Assembly (NCBI GenBank): GCA_043228905.1
Contig: JBHGNT010000020.1
Location: forward strand, 8,246,001-8,310,000
Length of the DNA: 64,000 nucleotides
From: Azolla caroliniana
Lineage: Eukaryota; Plantae; Polypodiophyta
Direction: 5' to 3'
Under the pieces are notes generated by a model that saw only the letters and a list, made by a program, of their open reading frames with translations, made no database searches and was not told where the DNA came from. How positions within the stretch are numbered: the stretch's first letter is position 1; each line of letters starts with the position of its first letter. A program made the position numbers and the translations under genes. Below, one piece after another: positions 1 through 11,753 of the stretch.

Positions 1-1133
1 CCAGTTAAACAAGCCACATGGTTAAGTCCGATAGTAGTCGTTCCAAAGAAAAACGGCAAAATATGGGTATGCGTGGATTACCGAAAATTAAACGCCGTAA
101 CCATTAAGGAAGCATTCCCTTTACCATTCACCGATAGTGTACTGGACGCCATCGTAGGACATGACATGTAAAGTTTTTTAGATGGCTTCAGTGGGTATAA
201 CCAGGTACGCATGCATCCCGAGGACCAAGAGAAGACGACATTTGTCACGGACTGGGGAGTCTATGTGGTAGTCGTCATGATGTTCGGGCTAAAGACAGCG
301 CCGACAACATTTCAACGGACAATTACGGAGATCTTTGGGGAATATATTCTGGCGTTCATGCAAGTTTTTTTAGACGACTTTGCGGTATATGGGAGAACAA
401 TAGACCATTTTACGCATCTGCAACTGTGCCTGGAATGTTGCCGCACCGCACGCTTAAACCTGAATCCCGTGAAATGTGCCTTCGGCGTGACCAGCGGGAC
501 TCTCTTAGGCCATAAAGTCAGCAAGGAGGGAATAGCGGTTGATCGAACAAGATCTCCGCGATTACGCAAGCCAAAACTCCGACAAACGCGAAATAACTCA
601 GTTGGTTTTTGGGACAAATATGGTGGCATAGTCGGATGATACGATATTTCGCGGACTTTGCCATGTCGTTACATGTTGCCGTGCATCGGACTCCCTTCCA
701 ATGGACCGCAACGGAGGACAAGGCCTATGAGGCACTTAAGATAATGCTCACACAGGCCCCCGTCGTACAAACACTAGTTTGGGCGAAGCCATTCCATGTG
801 TTCGTCGACACCTCAGACATAGCAATAGGGAGTGCGCTAATGCAGCTCACCGAACCAAGCTGGTACCGGCCAGTGTACTATGCTAGTCGCAAATTATCAA
901 CAGCAGAGCATAACTATTCCACAACAGAGCGGGAGGTGCTAGGGCTAATCTGTAGCATCAATAAATTCCGGCATTATTTACTGGGGAGGAAATTCACGTT
1001 CCACGTGGATCATTCGACGCTGATGTATTTGGTGGAGAAACAAGCCCTGACGGGGAAATTGGTGCGATGGATGCTGCTGCTTCAAGAATTCGATTTTGTA
1101 ATTCAGCACCGACCAGGGACGCAACACGTAGTG
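1..1133 (+). pseudogene. Ty3/Gypsy pol fragment (RT + RNase H), degenerate, continuing from upstream of the window
   Basis: ORFs 211-639 and 609-1181 contain MMFGLKTAPTTFQR, VFLDDF, VFVDTSDIAIG, YYASRKL..AEHNYSTTERE and VDHSTL..RWMLLLQEFDF; there is an in-frame stop and a frameshift. Confidence 0.92.
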
Positions 1134-1230
1134 TGTTATGGGCATGACCATTTAATATCCCGTGGTGAGAATTTACCGTAGTATTCTATACACGTGGATA
1201 AGTGTATAGAATACTATAGTAAATTCTCAC
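1134..1230 (+). mobile_element. Truncated 5' end of a chromovirus-family LTR with a fold-back inversion
   Basis: TGTTATGGGCATGACC... matches the LTR starts at 57462(+) and 50319(-); 1165-1193 and 1202-1230 form an inverted repeat. Confidence 0.85.
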
Positions 1231-2830
1231 ACTCCTCCACCCCGATCCGCAAAGCATAGGTTAGCGGAGTTAGCTGCCCCAGAGTGGGAAGAGGAACCCC
1301 AACCCGCCCAGCTAGACACACAGACAACGCAGGAAGAACAACCGGCACGCTCCGCGGACGTAGCCCCAGAGCCAGACGCCGTAACACGACAGGATAGCCC
1401 CAGACCGAAACGACGGAGATTGGACAGGAAAGATGGGCGGGGATTGGTCAAAGACGTCCCTAGGGCGGTAGAGACAATGACCGAAGGCGATGGGTCCGTA
1501 GCTATGGAGCCCAATACCACCTTCGAAATCATCTGGGAGCCATGGCCGATCATTACGACTCAGTCACAACGAGGGAAAGCCGTATTGACGGCGGAAAGTG
1601 AGGTTTTGGCATATCCAGATATCCTGGACACGGCCCACGAGTTCAACGCCCTCTTCCAGTTCAGAACCTCTTTTGAGGTCATGAAATTCCTGGCAACGCA
1701 ATAGATAAAGGCCTCACAACGAATGGCCGAGGAGCATGTGGAGCGCCAGATGATTGAGCGCGCCCTAACACAAACGGCAGAGAGCGACGATGAGGACCTG
1801 CTAGCCAGGGTCAACAGACAGAGGAACGCCGGTGTACGCCGAGTGTGGATGGAGTTACCCCCATTAAACACGGCCCTAGTCGAAGTGCATACGGAACTGG
1901 CAAAGGTCAGCACGGGCGCCAAGGAGATGGCCATTAAAAATAAGAATGTCTGGAAGAAGGTGAAAATGACCCAAGCCGAGCTACAAAAACCACGGAGTTG
2001 GAATCTAATGCGACTACGGCGCAACAGGCAACTCCGCCACCAAACCACGCCATCGACACTTTGAAGGAAGAAATTGAGGCTCAGACCGCCATCTCCTCAA
2101 AGGCGAAAAGGGTCGTGCAACTAGCGGAATCAGAAATTGAGGAGAGCATTACGGCCGTACGCCGCACTGAGGTTTCTATAAACTAAATGAGGAGAGCATT
2201 GCGGCTGTACGCGAGGACCTAACGCAAGACTATTGTGTGCTAGCGGACCAACATTCCGAAGAACTCACACAACTCTTAGATGATTTTGGTGAAAGCCAGG
2301 AGGAGCTATTTCACCAGATCACACAAGCCGGCAGCACGCGAACAAATGAGGAATCCATCACGAGGCCAATTCCGGGCACGACCGAAGAAGAGGAACCTCA
2401 GGCCAGATCACCAGAAATTACAACAACGGTGAATAGCGCGGAATGCCGGGCGGAGTCCCCCACAGTACCAGTCAGTGAAACCGCTGCCCAAGAGGAGCCC
2501 CATCCGCAGGAGCCCACGCTATCGGCGGACCACACAGAGAACGTTGCGGGCCAGGCGGAATCGCAACCCCACTCCCCGGAGTGTACAACGATGACCGACA
2601 CCACGGAGGAAGTGACGATTGAGATAGAGCTGCGGCCGACCGCAAGCACGACGACGGCTGAGCCCAACCCACTAGCTCAAGAAGAGCCCATCGTACCCGG
2701 ACCGCCCACACACGACGACTGCGACACCAGGAGAAGCCATCCCGACCAAACAGGGGCACCACACCAAGATGCACCTACGGGCCCTACGTCGCCTCCGGAC
2801 GCGGACACCGTATCAGAGCCAAACATCTAG
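1231..2830 (+). pseudogene. Degenerate extra 3' ORF region of the first Gypsy element (coiled-coil and P/T/E-rich segments)
   Basis: Collinear ORFs 1420-1704, 1723-2064, 1998-2186 and 2237-2830 are broken by stops/frameshifts and lie between pol and an LTR-like region. Confidence 0.45.
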
Positions 2831-2879
2831 ACCATTTTGGAAGAAGATTAATGGGATGGGTCCGACGTGCCAGGGCACT

Positions 2880-4254
2880 GTCCCACAAGCGTACGAGGTG
2901 TTGTCTGCTGGAATAGTAACCGACGGACAAGAGCGTAGGAATAAGAAATAATATAAGATCATAACGCATGTAACGGTTCACGCAGGAAGCGTGAATGACT
3001 AAAAAGACCCTGCGTATATAAAGGGCTGAAAACCTTTGATAGAGGGAGCATGTAATTTTGGAATGTAAAGAAGCGTATCATAATAGAATTCTATCTTCTC
3101 TGAAAATCTATGTATAGCTACAGCTAATCTATTGTGTGTTTGGAATACCTGAGAGTGTAAGAACGTGAGTGTGTAACCACTGATAAGGAGTCGGTTGTAG
3201 CCGTCACCCTTATACACTACTAGGTTACGGGGAACATTCCCCTACGTTGTCGGGGTAGTTGTGGTTCGTGCGACGAAGTCGCAGGGACTAAGGTTAAGGG
3301 GAGTTGAAGGAACTTAAATTTTAATAAGGCTTGTATGGTGATGTTAGAAAGGTTAAGAATAGCAAGAAGAAGAGTTACGAGTAATGTGTGTGTGAGAGAG
3401 AGACGAGAATAGATAGAAGATAGAGACAATATATGATTCAAGAAGCAAGATAGAGAGAAAGTATGATTTAAGAAGCAAGAGTATTTGATATAAACATGAT
3501 GTATATTAAAAAGATAATATTTTACCAACTTTACAATCCTTGATCACAAACTGAACCCATTCTTTACCAACCCTTGATTTGAACCCACGACCTCAACTTC
3601 GAAACGAGAGGTTCTCCACCCAATGAGCTAGTCTACTCTACTTCATTATATTATTTTCTCACTCTCTCTTGATGATCTCTTGTTTTCCTTGCCCCTCTTT
3701 ATATAAGTGTTGCCATGCATATGATAATGTATGGGAGCGTGGCATGCATGCAATGCATAAGTTACATGTAATGCATGATCGCCATTTGGCGCACATTTAT
3801 TGCACGTGATGCATGGTAGCCATCATGCTCACTTGAGCTCCCATGTATGAAAATAGATATGGGATAAGTATAATGATGAAAATGCATTCTAAAATAACTA
3901 CCCTAGCTTAGTGATGTATACTTTATGTTTGGCATACAAGGTTGAGAGTTCAAGTCTCTCAATTTTACTTAATACAATATATAGCTTCATTCTTATATCA
4001 TGAAGCACATTTATTATAAACTTTTACAAATAAATAGCCTAGCCTAGTGGTATGTACATTGTATTTCGTATATAAGGATGTGGGTTCAAGTCTCTCAAAT
4101 ATTATTAAATACAACATTTAAGCTCCTTTTTATATCATGAAGCACATTCTTCACGACAACGTATTATGCATAGACGCCACCATTCGTTGTTCCACAACCA
4201 CTTGGAGGTCTAGGTCGAAGGACTAACCGCAGACCGTGTTCCTAACCGGTAACA
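2880..4254 (+). mobile_element. Putative 3' LTR of the first Gypsy element, interrupted by the solo LTR at 3248-4158
   Basis: TATA-like GTATATAAAGGG at ~3015; ends CCGGTAACA at 4254, where unrelated sequence resumes; 5' boundary uncertain. Confidence 0.45.
3248..4158 (-). mobile_element. Solo LTR of the tRNA-Trp-primed Gypsy group, 4-bp TSD ACGT
   Basis: Minus-strand TGTCGTGAAG...CCCCGACA termini; ACGT at 3244-3247 and 4159-4162; homologous to LTR 33123-33803; internal ~135-bp duplication. Confidence 0.88.
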
Positions 4255-5184
4255 ACATCGACAAGCGATGGTGCCGGAACCTTGCCCACATCGGTTCTAG
4301 AGACTTTGGTAGTCGGCCATGAGAGCCCATGTGAGACCGAAGAGACGGAAGGTGGTTGGTGGCGGCAAGGCGGGCAACCAAGGCGACGGCAAGGAGATCC
4401 CTTGACACTGATGCCAGAGACTTCGGCGGTTGCGGATCAACGTAAGACTGAAGAGATGGTGGGTGGCGGCGAGGAGTCGGAGGTCGAAGCAGACGAGGGT
4501 GCCGAAACGGGTATCCGGTGTGGAAAGACGGACAAGCGGGGCCAAGAGGGCCAATCGGAGTTGGAAGGGACTACGACAATGAAGGAAGAAGAGGCCGACA
4601 CGGAGATCGGGTCTACGGCAGGTGAATGACGTGATACGAAGCATACATTACGACCGGCGGAGGGCCAAGAAACGAGCATACATCCGGAGGAGCCACAACG
4701 AGTGACCGACAATAGCGGACCGGTTGAACCTTTGAGAGGCAAGTACGAGACGGAGGACAAAGCGGTGAGTTGCCGATCAACGGATGAACGACGTGAGCGG
4801 AAGGTTGTCTTGGAAACCGGAGGATGTGCGTGGAGGACAAAGGGCTACACATCGGGAAGAGAAAACGCGGCATCCCGGAGGATGTGCAAGGCCAAGCGGG
4901 TTTCCGTCTTCTTCTTCTTATTCTTCTTTTCCCCTATCCGGTTAGGGTTTCATCTAGAGGGTTTACATTCGGCCTACACGGCCACGATTGTAATTGGTGT
5001 GGTGTTTTCCATAATGTATCTTATATTGTTTAGATCTTATTCTCTTTAATCTTAATCTCTCACATCTTAGTCTTTCTCTTCATTCTCGGTTGAACTCCCA
5101 AGCTTCTCTCCCTCCTCTTACTCCATAGTTCAAGTCCCCCGTGGTCCCGTCCTATCCGACACGCACGCACGGATTTCCGTGACA
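4255..5184 (+). mobile_element. 3' remnant (internal region + partial LTR) of a non-autonomous Trp-group Gypsy
   Basis: 4255-4890 is the reverse-orientation homologue of ~9900-10300; ends GATTTCCGTGACA at 5184, followed by CCGT and the host integrase. Confidence 0.7.
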
Positions 5185-7466
5185 CCGTAAAAATGAAATA
5201 ACTCGTCAACGAATTGGTAAGCCAATTCAGGAGTTGTTACCGTGGTTTTAGTAACAATAAATCTGGCCATTTTAGTTAGTCTATAAACCACAAGGCAGAT
5301 GGCATCATGGCCTTTTTGGGTGCGAGGAAGGCTAACAATAAAATCCATGGATATACTTTCCCACTTATTATCGGGAATGTCCAAGGGATGTAAAAGTCTT
5401 GCGGTTTTAAGTCGCTCGGCTTTGTTAACTTGGCGTTGGTGACATTTAGTCACATAACTATGTATGTTAGGACGCTTCTTTGGCCAATAGAATTGATTGG
5501 AGATGAGAACGAGTGTACGATGTATTCCAGGGTGCCCTACTCAGGGTGCATCATGGCATTCAAACAGAATTCTCTTTTTGACCTCAGGCAAATATGGAAC
5601 ACAGACCTTCCCATTTAGGTAGAGCAAACCGTTAGCAATGTGGAAGTATTCTTTCGAGGATGTGGTGGTGTTTGTTCCAGACTCAACTCTTGCCCAATAT
5701 TTCGCAAAATAATTGTCATCAAGATACTTTCGTCGAAGGTGATCATAAAGATTTGATGTTATTTCAGTGAAGCTAAGCATGTTAACTTCACGGATGCAAC
5801 TTAGTGCATCAATGACAATGTTCATGGAACCTTTATGATATAGTATGGAAAAATCAAAGTCCTGGATGAGATCAGCCCATCGTGCCTTACGACCTTTCAG
5901 GTCTTGTTGGTCACAAAAATATTTCAAGAACTCGTGGTCTGTAGTTACCACAAAACGATTTCCATAAAGATAATGGCGTCATGTTTTGAGCGCATGTATA
6001 ATTGCAAATAATTCCTTTTCTTGAACGATATATCGAGATTGAGCAGAATCAAGTTTTTTACTCTCGAATGCTATTGGTTTACCATCTTGATATAAGACAA
6101 CACCTATAGCATAATTGCTTGCATTGGTTTCAACCTCAAAAGGTTTTGAAGGATCAGGTTAAAGAAGCGAAGGAGCCTTGCACACCAGGTCCTTGACTTC
6201 CTTAAAGGCGAGGTCTAGTGTAGCATTCCACACAATAGGTTTTGTAGACTTACATGTTTGACCTTTTAGAAGATCAGTAAACGGCGTCGTCAATTTGGAG
6301 TAATTACGAATGGATTTTCGCAAAAACTTGACAAAACCAAGGAATGATCGAACTTCTCGAATATTCCGAAGAGTGGGCCAAAGGTTTTTTTTCTTGATGC
6401 GAGAAGGATCATTTTCAACTCCTCGTTCCGTTATGAGATGACCAAGATAAGAAATTGATATCTTGAAGAACTTGCATTTTGAGATCTTCGTGTAGAATTT
6501 GTTGTCGCGCAATGTTTGTAAAACAAAGCGGACATGTTTAGCATGTTCTTCTAATGTACGACTATAAACTAGAATATCATCCAAGAAAATAACGACAAAT
6601 TTTCCAAGTTCTCGGAAAATGTCATTCATTTCTTGTTGAAATGTGGTCGGAGCATTGGTCAAACGAAAACGCATAACCAAAAACACATAATGGCCATAGC
6701 GCGTATGAAATGCCATTTTAGGAACATCATCGTCACTAATACGAATTTGATGGTAGCCTCGCAATGGATATGAATTCTTGATTATCACATTATTCAAGCG
6801 TCGGTAATTAATACACATATGCCATGTGCCCTCCTTATTTACCAAGAGAACAGGTGCACCCCATGGAGATTTACTATAATGTATATAACCCATTCGTAAA
6901 TAGTCCTTGAGTTGCTTAAATACCTCATCCTCTTCGGATCGACTTAAGCGATAAGGAGGTATACTTATTGGTGCAATGCCAGGTACAATATCTATATGAT
7001 GGTTTATATTACATTTAGGAGGTAACCCATGTGGTAGTTCACTCAGAAAAACATCACGAAAATCATTTAAGATTTCATCGAGTTGTTGTTGTTCAAAATA
7101 TGACAATTGAACCGGGACATTATCGATATTGTAAACGTGAATGTTTGGATCAAGTATACAATAAAATAAAGTAAAAGAAGACAACTCGGATATTGATGGA
7201 GAGGAAACAATCGAAAGAGATTGGTTTTTAACACATTGAATAAAATAAGTACAATCGTTCAGTATAAAATTAATTGAATAATGAACCCAATCAATAGATA
7301 AAGAAGAGTTTTTATTAAAAAACTAGGGATAACCCAGTATTATATCAGTGGTACAAATATTCATTACATGGAAGTCTACTTCCTTTATATAAGTATCAAT
7401 AGAAATTCCTAATGAATGAATTGCCCCGTTGATGTATTGTACTCTTCCATCAGCCAAGTGCACCGT
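5185..7466 (-). pseudogene. Chromovirus-like Gypsy pol (protease end, RT, RNase H, integrase), degenerate; segment A
   Basis: SPWGAPVL, TNAPTTFQ, VIFLDDILVYS, TTDHEFL..RWADLIQDFDF, KWESISMDFIV. Confidence 0.93.
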
Positions 7467-8273
7467 TATCGCGGAATTCCGCGAGTACGTGTTGGATCCG
7501 AGGCAGGAGCACGGGGCTCTTGGACTAGGGAGTAGAGGAGAAGGAATATAACACAAAATGGAAGCTTAGCTCAAGAGGAGAAGAGGAAGAATAGCACATA
7601 AACATATAATAGAATAGATGGAGGCAAGATACACAACAAGTTATATTAAGTTCCACGAATGATTGAAACCAAGACCGCATAGGCCGCACCAAAACAATTA
7701 CAAGAAAACCCTAACCAGATAAGTAAAGTAAAGAAGATGATGAAGAAGCAACCCTAAGTGAAACCCTAAACCCAAAATGGTATGAAGAAGAAGAAGAATA
7801 GTAAAACCCTAGACGAAACCCTAAAACTCCAAAAAGAACCCTCGACCTAAGTGGTATACCGCTCTCCCTCAAAATAGGCAACCCCAAATGAGCCCCCCTC
7901 CACCTCCTTTTATAGGAAAAAAGGAAAGGGGGTCGCCAATTTTGTCTTTAATGCAAAAAAAGGAATAACATTCCTTAAATCACACTACATTGTAAGACTA
8001 GATTTGAACCGTGCAACTCTAGCTAGAAGTCAATGTGACTATCCACTAGCCCAATAACTCTCTCTTATATAATATATGATTCTGTCTCTATAAATGCTTA
8101 GCTTGTCCCCCCTCTACTTTTTACCTCTCCTCTCTCTTACTTTTTACACGAGCTCACTACTCATTCTACTCTACAAAGTGCACATCACATTTATGCCTCT
8201 ACGAACTTCGTGGTGTACCTTTAGCACCTTAGATTATTACCCTTCCCATTACATTTTGTTTACTTATTCTTAT

Positions 8274-8544
8274 TGACGGGAACTAAAACACTCCTTATGC
8301 GCAACGCTCGGCCACAACCGAGCTTAGAATCATACACAAAAAACAGGAATGAATGCACGACACAGTGAAGAGAAGAGTACACAGGATGTTTATGTGGAAA
8401 ACCCAAACTAGGGAAAAAACCACGGCAACCCACAGGCTGCAAACTATCACTATGTTACAGTATACAACAGTAAAGCACCGAGGCAACAACCTCGAGCTCT
8501 CTATCTTCGCCACAAGCGGCGGTTACAACAAAGGCAACGACCTC

Positions 8545-8580
<36 letters not shown>

Positions 8581-9195
8581 CACAGTTACGCGCTTTGTTC
8601 TCGCGCAGACCAGAATAACAACAACACACTCAAAAGTTTGCCCTAAGTCATATTTATACTAATATGACTTTTCGGCTATTTACAAATATAGCCACGATGG
8701 ACTCTCAGAAACATATTTACGAATATGTCTCTTCATCCGGAGAGCGCTCCTCACCGGGCCTACATCATCTGGATCTTGCCGGGCACTCGTCATCCGGTTC
8801 TCACCGGGTCTGCACCATCCGGCTCTCCATAGCCGGATACTCCTCATCCGGTTCTCACCGGGTCTACACCATCCGGCTCTTCGTTGCTGGGTACTCCTCA
8901 TCCGGTCCTCACCGGGTATGCACCATCCGGCTCTCCGTAGCCGGATACTCCTCATCCGGTTCTCACCGGGTCTGCACCATCCGGCTCTTCGTAGCCGGGT
9001 ACTCCTCATCGGGTTCTCACCGGGTATGCACCATCTGGCTCTCCGTAGTCGAGTACTCCTTATCCGGTTCTCACCGGGTCTGCACCATCCAGCTCTCCGA
9101 AGCCGGGTACTCCTCATCCGGTTTCGGCCTCGGCCGAGTTTGCTCATCAGCACTATTCTTCTCCCTTCCCATCCGGAGGGACCTGTCTCCCAACA
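8274..9195 (-). mobile_element. Copia solo LTR, TSD CTTAT
   Basis: TGTTGGG...CCCGTCA termini; CTTAT at 8269-8273 and 9196-9200; the empty site is visible in the sister LTR at ~11650; related to LTRs at 25248, 51724 and 61930. Confidence 0.92.
8770..9125. repeat. 54-bp CCGG-rich tandem array (~6.5 copies) within the Copia LTR
   Basis: Unit CCGGTTCTCACCGGGTCTGCACCATCCGGCTCTCCGTAGCCGGATACTCCTCAT. Confidence 0.92.
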
Positions 9196-10116
9196 CTTAT
9201 TACACAAATTTACAAGTGCATGTGCAATGTTGCACATCCCCATTTTATTTGTCCCTCCCGTTTTTCTCACCGTAGCCGGAAATCTTCACGACATCCACCC
9301 CCACCAAACCGCACATCCACCGGTATGTGCCAAGAGGGAAAAGGTGAGAGATTTTGGCAACGGTGATAAATCGGGTCCTCCGCCGTCCCGGCACCCAACT
9401 GCCTTGCCGGCTCCTTCTGGCCCCGATCCGTTGGCACCATCTGATCTCTAGGTGCACCGCGTGTCCCCGAACCACCAACTCCATCCGATCCGCCATATCC
9501 AATGTTCGCGCCTTCGTCCCTAATCAGTCCTCCCGGACCCGACCACTCAGACTTTGTCCGCCATGTATGCCCTTCGATTGGGCCCCCAGTCACTTCGGTT
9601 GTACGGTGGATTCCGCGCCTTGCGTGCCGCGTATCTCCCTTCGTTGGTTCGATCGTCTCTGCGTCCCGAACACCTCTGCGTGCCGACTCTCTCCGCTCCG
9701 CGCCCGCCTACCATAGGCTCTTCCCGTGTGCCGTTATCGTTCCCCGAATGCGCACTCGTTCTTCGGTCCTTAGGCGACCCTATTACACGCTCCTCGTTTC
9801 CCCCTTGCTTGTCGTGCTCTCTCGCCGTAGAGCGTACCATCATACCGACCTCTGTGTCGGTGTCCTTCGCGGCTCTTGTTACTGCTTCGCCTCGACTTGC
9901 ACCCTCTTGGCCTCGCATGTCCTCCGAGACGCCGCACTTTCTCTTCCCGGCGTTCATCTGCCAATCACGGCACCTTATTGCTCCGTCTCTCGCCGTGTGC
10001 TTGCCTCTCAAAGGCTCCACCGGTCCGCTGTTGTGGGTCACTCGTTGCCGCTCTTCCGGGTGCATGCTTGCTTCTTGGCCCTTCGCCGGCCGTAGTGCAT
10101 GCTCCGTTTTACGCTT

Positions 10117-11154
10117 TCACTCGCCGTAGATGCGACCTCCGCGTCGGCCTCTTCTCCCTTTGTTGTCGTAGCCCGTTCCTACTCGGTCTTTGCCGTCTTG
10201 GCCCCACTCGTCCATTAATTCATACCGGATACCTGCTCCAGAAACCAACTCCTCGCTGCCACCCGCCGTCTCTTCCCCGCTTGATGTTTCGGGCCACCGT
10301 GTTCCGAATCCTCTGCCCACTCTCGAAGTGACGCTCGCCACTTCGTAGTCAGTGGCCTCATCCATGGCCGTCCCTTTTCCGCAAGACGAGAGGGTCGCTT
10401 GCTCCACACCCTCTCCCATGTCGTCGCCGTTGCACGCTCTTCCGGCCTCCACATAGGCCCCATCGTCCACGCATAGGGAGGCTTCTTCCTCCGCATCCTT
10501 CGATCGTCTCCAACCCGACCCCATAATAAGCCCTTCTTCGGCTTCGAACTTCGCCTTCACAATCTCGCACGCCTCCCATACCAACACCTCTAGGTTGTAC
10601 TCCTCCGGTTGATCACGCATCGAGGTCTCTTCTAGCGGTAGTGCGTAGCCACTCACCGCCCTCTCTTCTCCGCCGCTCATGGGCCACTTTGTTGCCGACT
10701 GCTCCCCATCGGTTTGCCGGCATATCCACTCCGGTTTCGCGTATCCGTATGCCTCCAATAGAGCTCCCACAAAGGACTCCCACGACTCATGAGCTTCTTG
10801 AAGCTCCTTGACCTCTTTGTGCACCGATACAGCCACCACTCGACGAAAATATTCAAGCCGCATCGCTTCATCCACGCCCCTCCTCGTCATCTCGGCATTG
10901 TACGCTTCCAAGAACCTTAGGAGATCGTCCCCGTTGAATCGGCCGACTCGATCGACCACCCTCTCGACGGCTTGTTGAGCCGCATCTTGCCTCACCTTCT
11001 TCCATCGGGCATCCATCACAATCTTCGCCATCATCTCCGCAAAGTCAAAGTCCTCGTCTTCCATCTCCGTCCTCCCTTGTCGCCTCTTCACGTCGGGTTC
11101 ACCAATTATATCGCGGTATTCCGCGAGTACGTGTAGGATCCGAGGCGGGACCAC
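10117..11154 (-). CDS. Gag-like ORF of the non-autonomous Trp-primed element; likely start downstream of the PBS (MEDEDFDF)
   Basis: VVDRVGRFNGDDLLRFLEAYNAEM resembles the gag N-termini at 34949-35317, 54026-54391 and ~33990; the ORF is open, with an acidic low-complexity tail. Confidence 0.65.
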   Translation of the reverse strand: MVPPRILHVLAEYRDIIGEPDVKRRQGRTEMEDEDFDFAEMMAKIVMDARWKKVRQDAAQQAVERVVDRVGRFNGDDLLRFLEAYNAEMTRRGVDEAMRLEYFRRVVAVSVHKEVKELQEAHESWESFVGALLEAYGYAKPEWICRQTDGEQSATKWPMSGGEERAVSGYALPLEETSMRDQPEEYNLEVLVWEACEIVKAKFEAEEGLIMGSGWRRSKDAEEEASLCVDDGAYVEAGRACNGDDMGEGVEQATLSSCGKGTAMDEATDYEVASVTSRVGRGFGTRWPETSSGEETAGGSEELVSGAGIRYELMDEWGQDGKDRVGTGYDNKGRRGRRGGRIYGE

Positions 11155-11753
11155 GGGGGTCTTGGACTAGGGAGTAGAGGAGAAGGAATAAAACACAAAA
11201 TGGAAGCTTAGCTCAAGAGGAGAAGAGGAAGAATAACACATAAACATAGAATAGAATAGATGGAGGCAAGATACACAACAAGTTATATTAAGATTCCAGG
11301 AACGATTGCAACCAAGACCACATAGGCCGCACCAAAACGATTACATGAAAACCTTAAATGGATAAATAAAATAAAGAAGATGATGAAGAAGTAACCCTAA
11401 GCGAAACCCTAAACCCGAAATGGTATGAAGAAGAAGAAGAATAGTAAAACCCTAGACGAAACCCTAAAACCCCAAAAAGAACCCTTGACCTAAGTGGTAT
11501 ACCTCTCTCCCTCAAAATAGACAACCCCAAATGAGCTCACTACTCATTCTACTCTACAAAGTGCACATCACATTTATGCCTCTACGAACTTCGTGGTGCA
11601 CCTTTATCACCTTAGATTATTACCCTTCCCATTACATTTTGTTTACTTATTCTTATTACACAAATTTACAAGTGCATGTGCAATGTTGCACATCCCCATT
11701 TTATTTGTCCCTCCTGGTTTTCTCACCGTAGCCGGAAATCTTCATGACACTGT

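Larger units (their letters stand above)
7467..11749 (-). mobile_element. Non-autonomous gag-only Trp-primed LTR retrotransposon, 4-bp TSD CCGT/CTGT
   Basis: 5' LTR 11109-11749, 3' LTR 7467-9293, PBS TGGTGAACCCGACGTGAA 11087-11104, PPT 9294-9305; the host protease sequence rejoins across the insertion. Confidence 0.9.

Noticed and set aside
3700-3850. Dense CATGCA (RY-like) motifs in Trp-group LTRs (also 33460-33570)
   Set aside because: They cannot be distinguished from CpG deamination products of CACG/CGCG-rich sequence without a family alignment.
8664-9275. 203-aa and 196-aa ORFs with 18-aa repeats; CRISPR-like periodicity
   Set aside because: By-products of the 54-bp LTR tandem array; there are no unique spacers, no cas genes, and the context is eukaryotic.
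9245-10130. Many overlapping ORFs on both strands
   Set aside because: GC-rich retroelement internal sequence with few stops; no recognisable domains.
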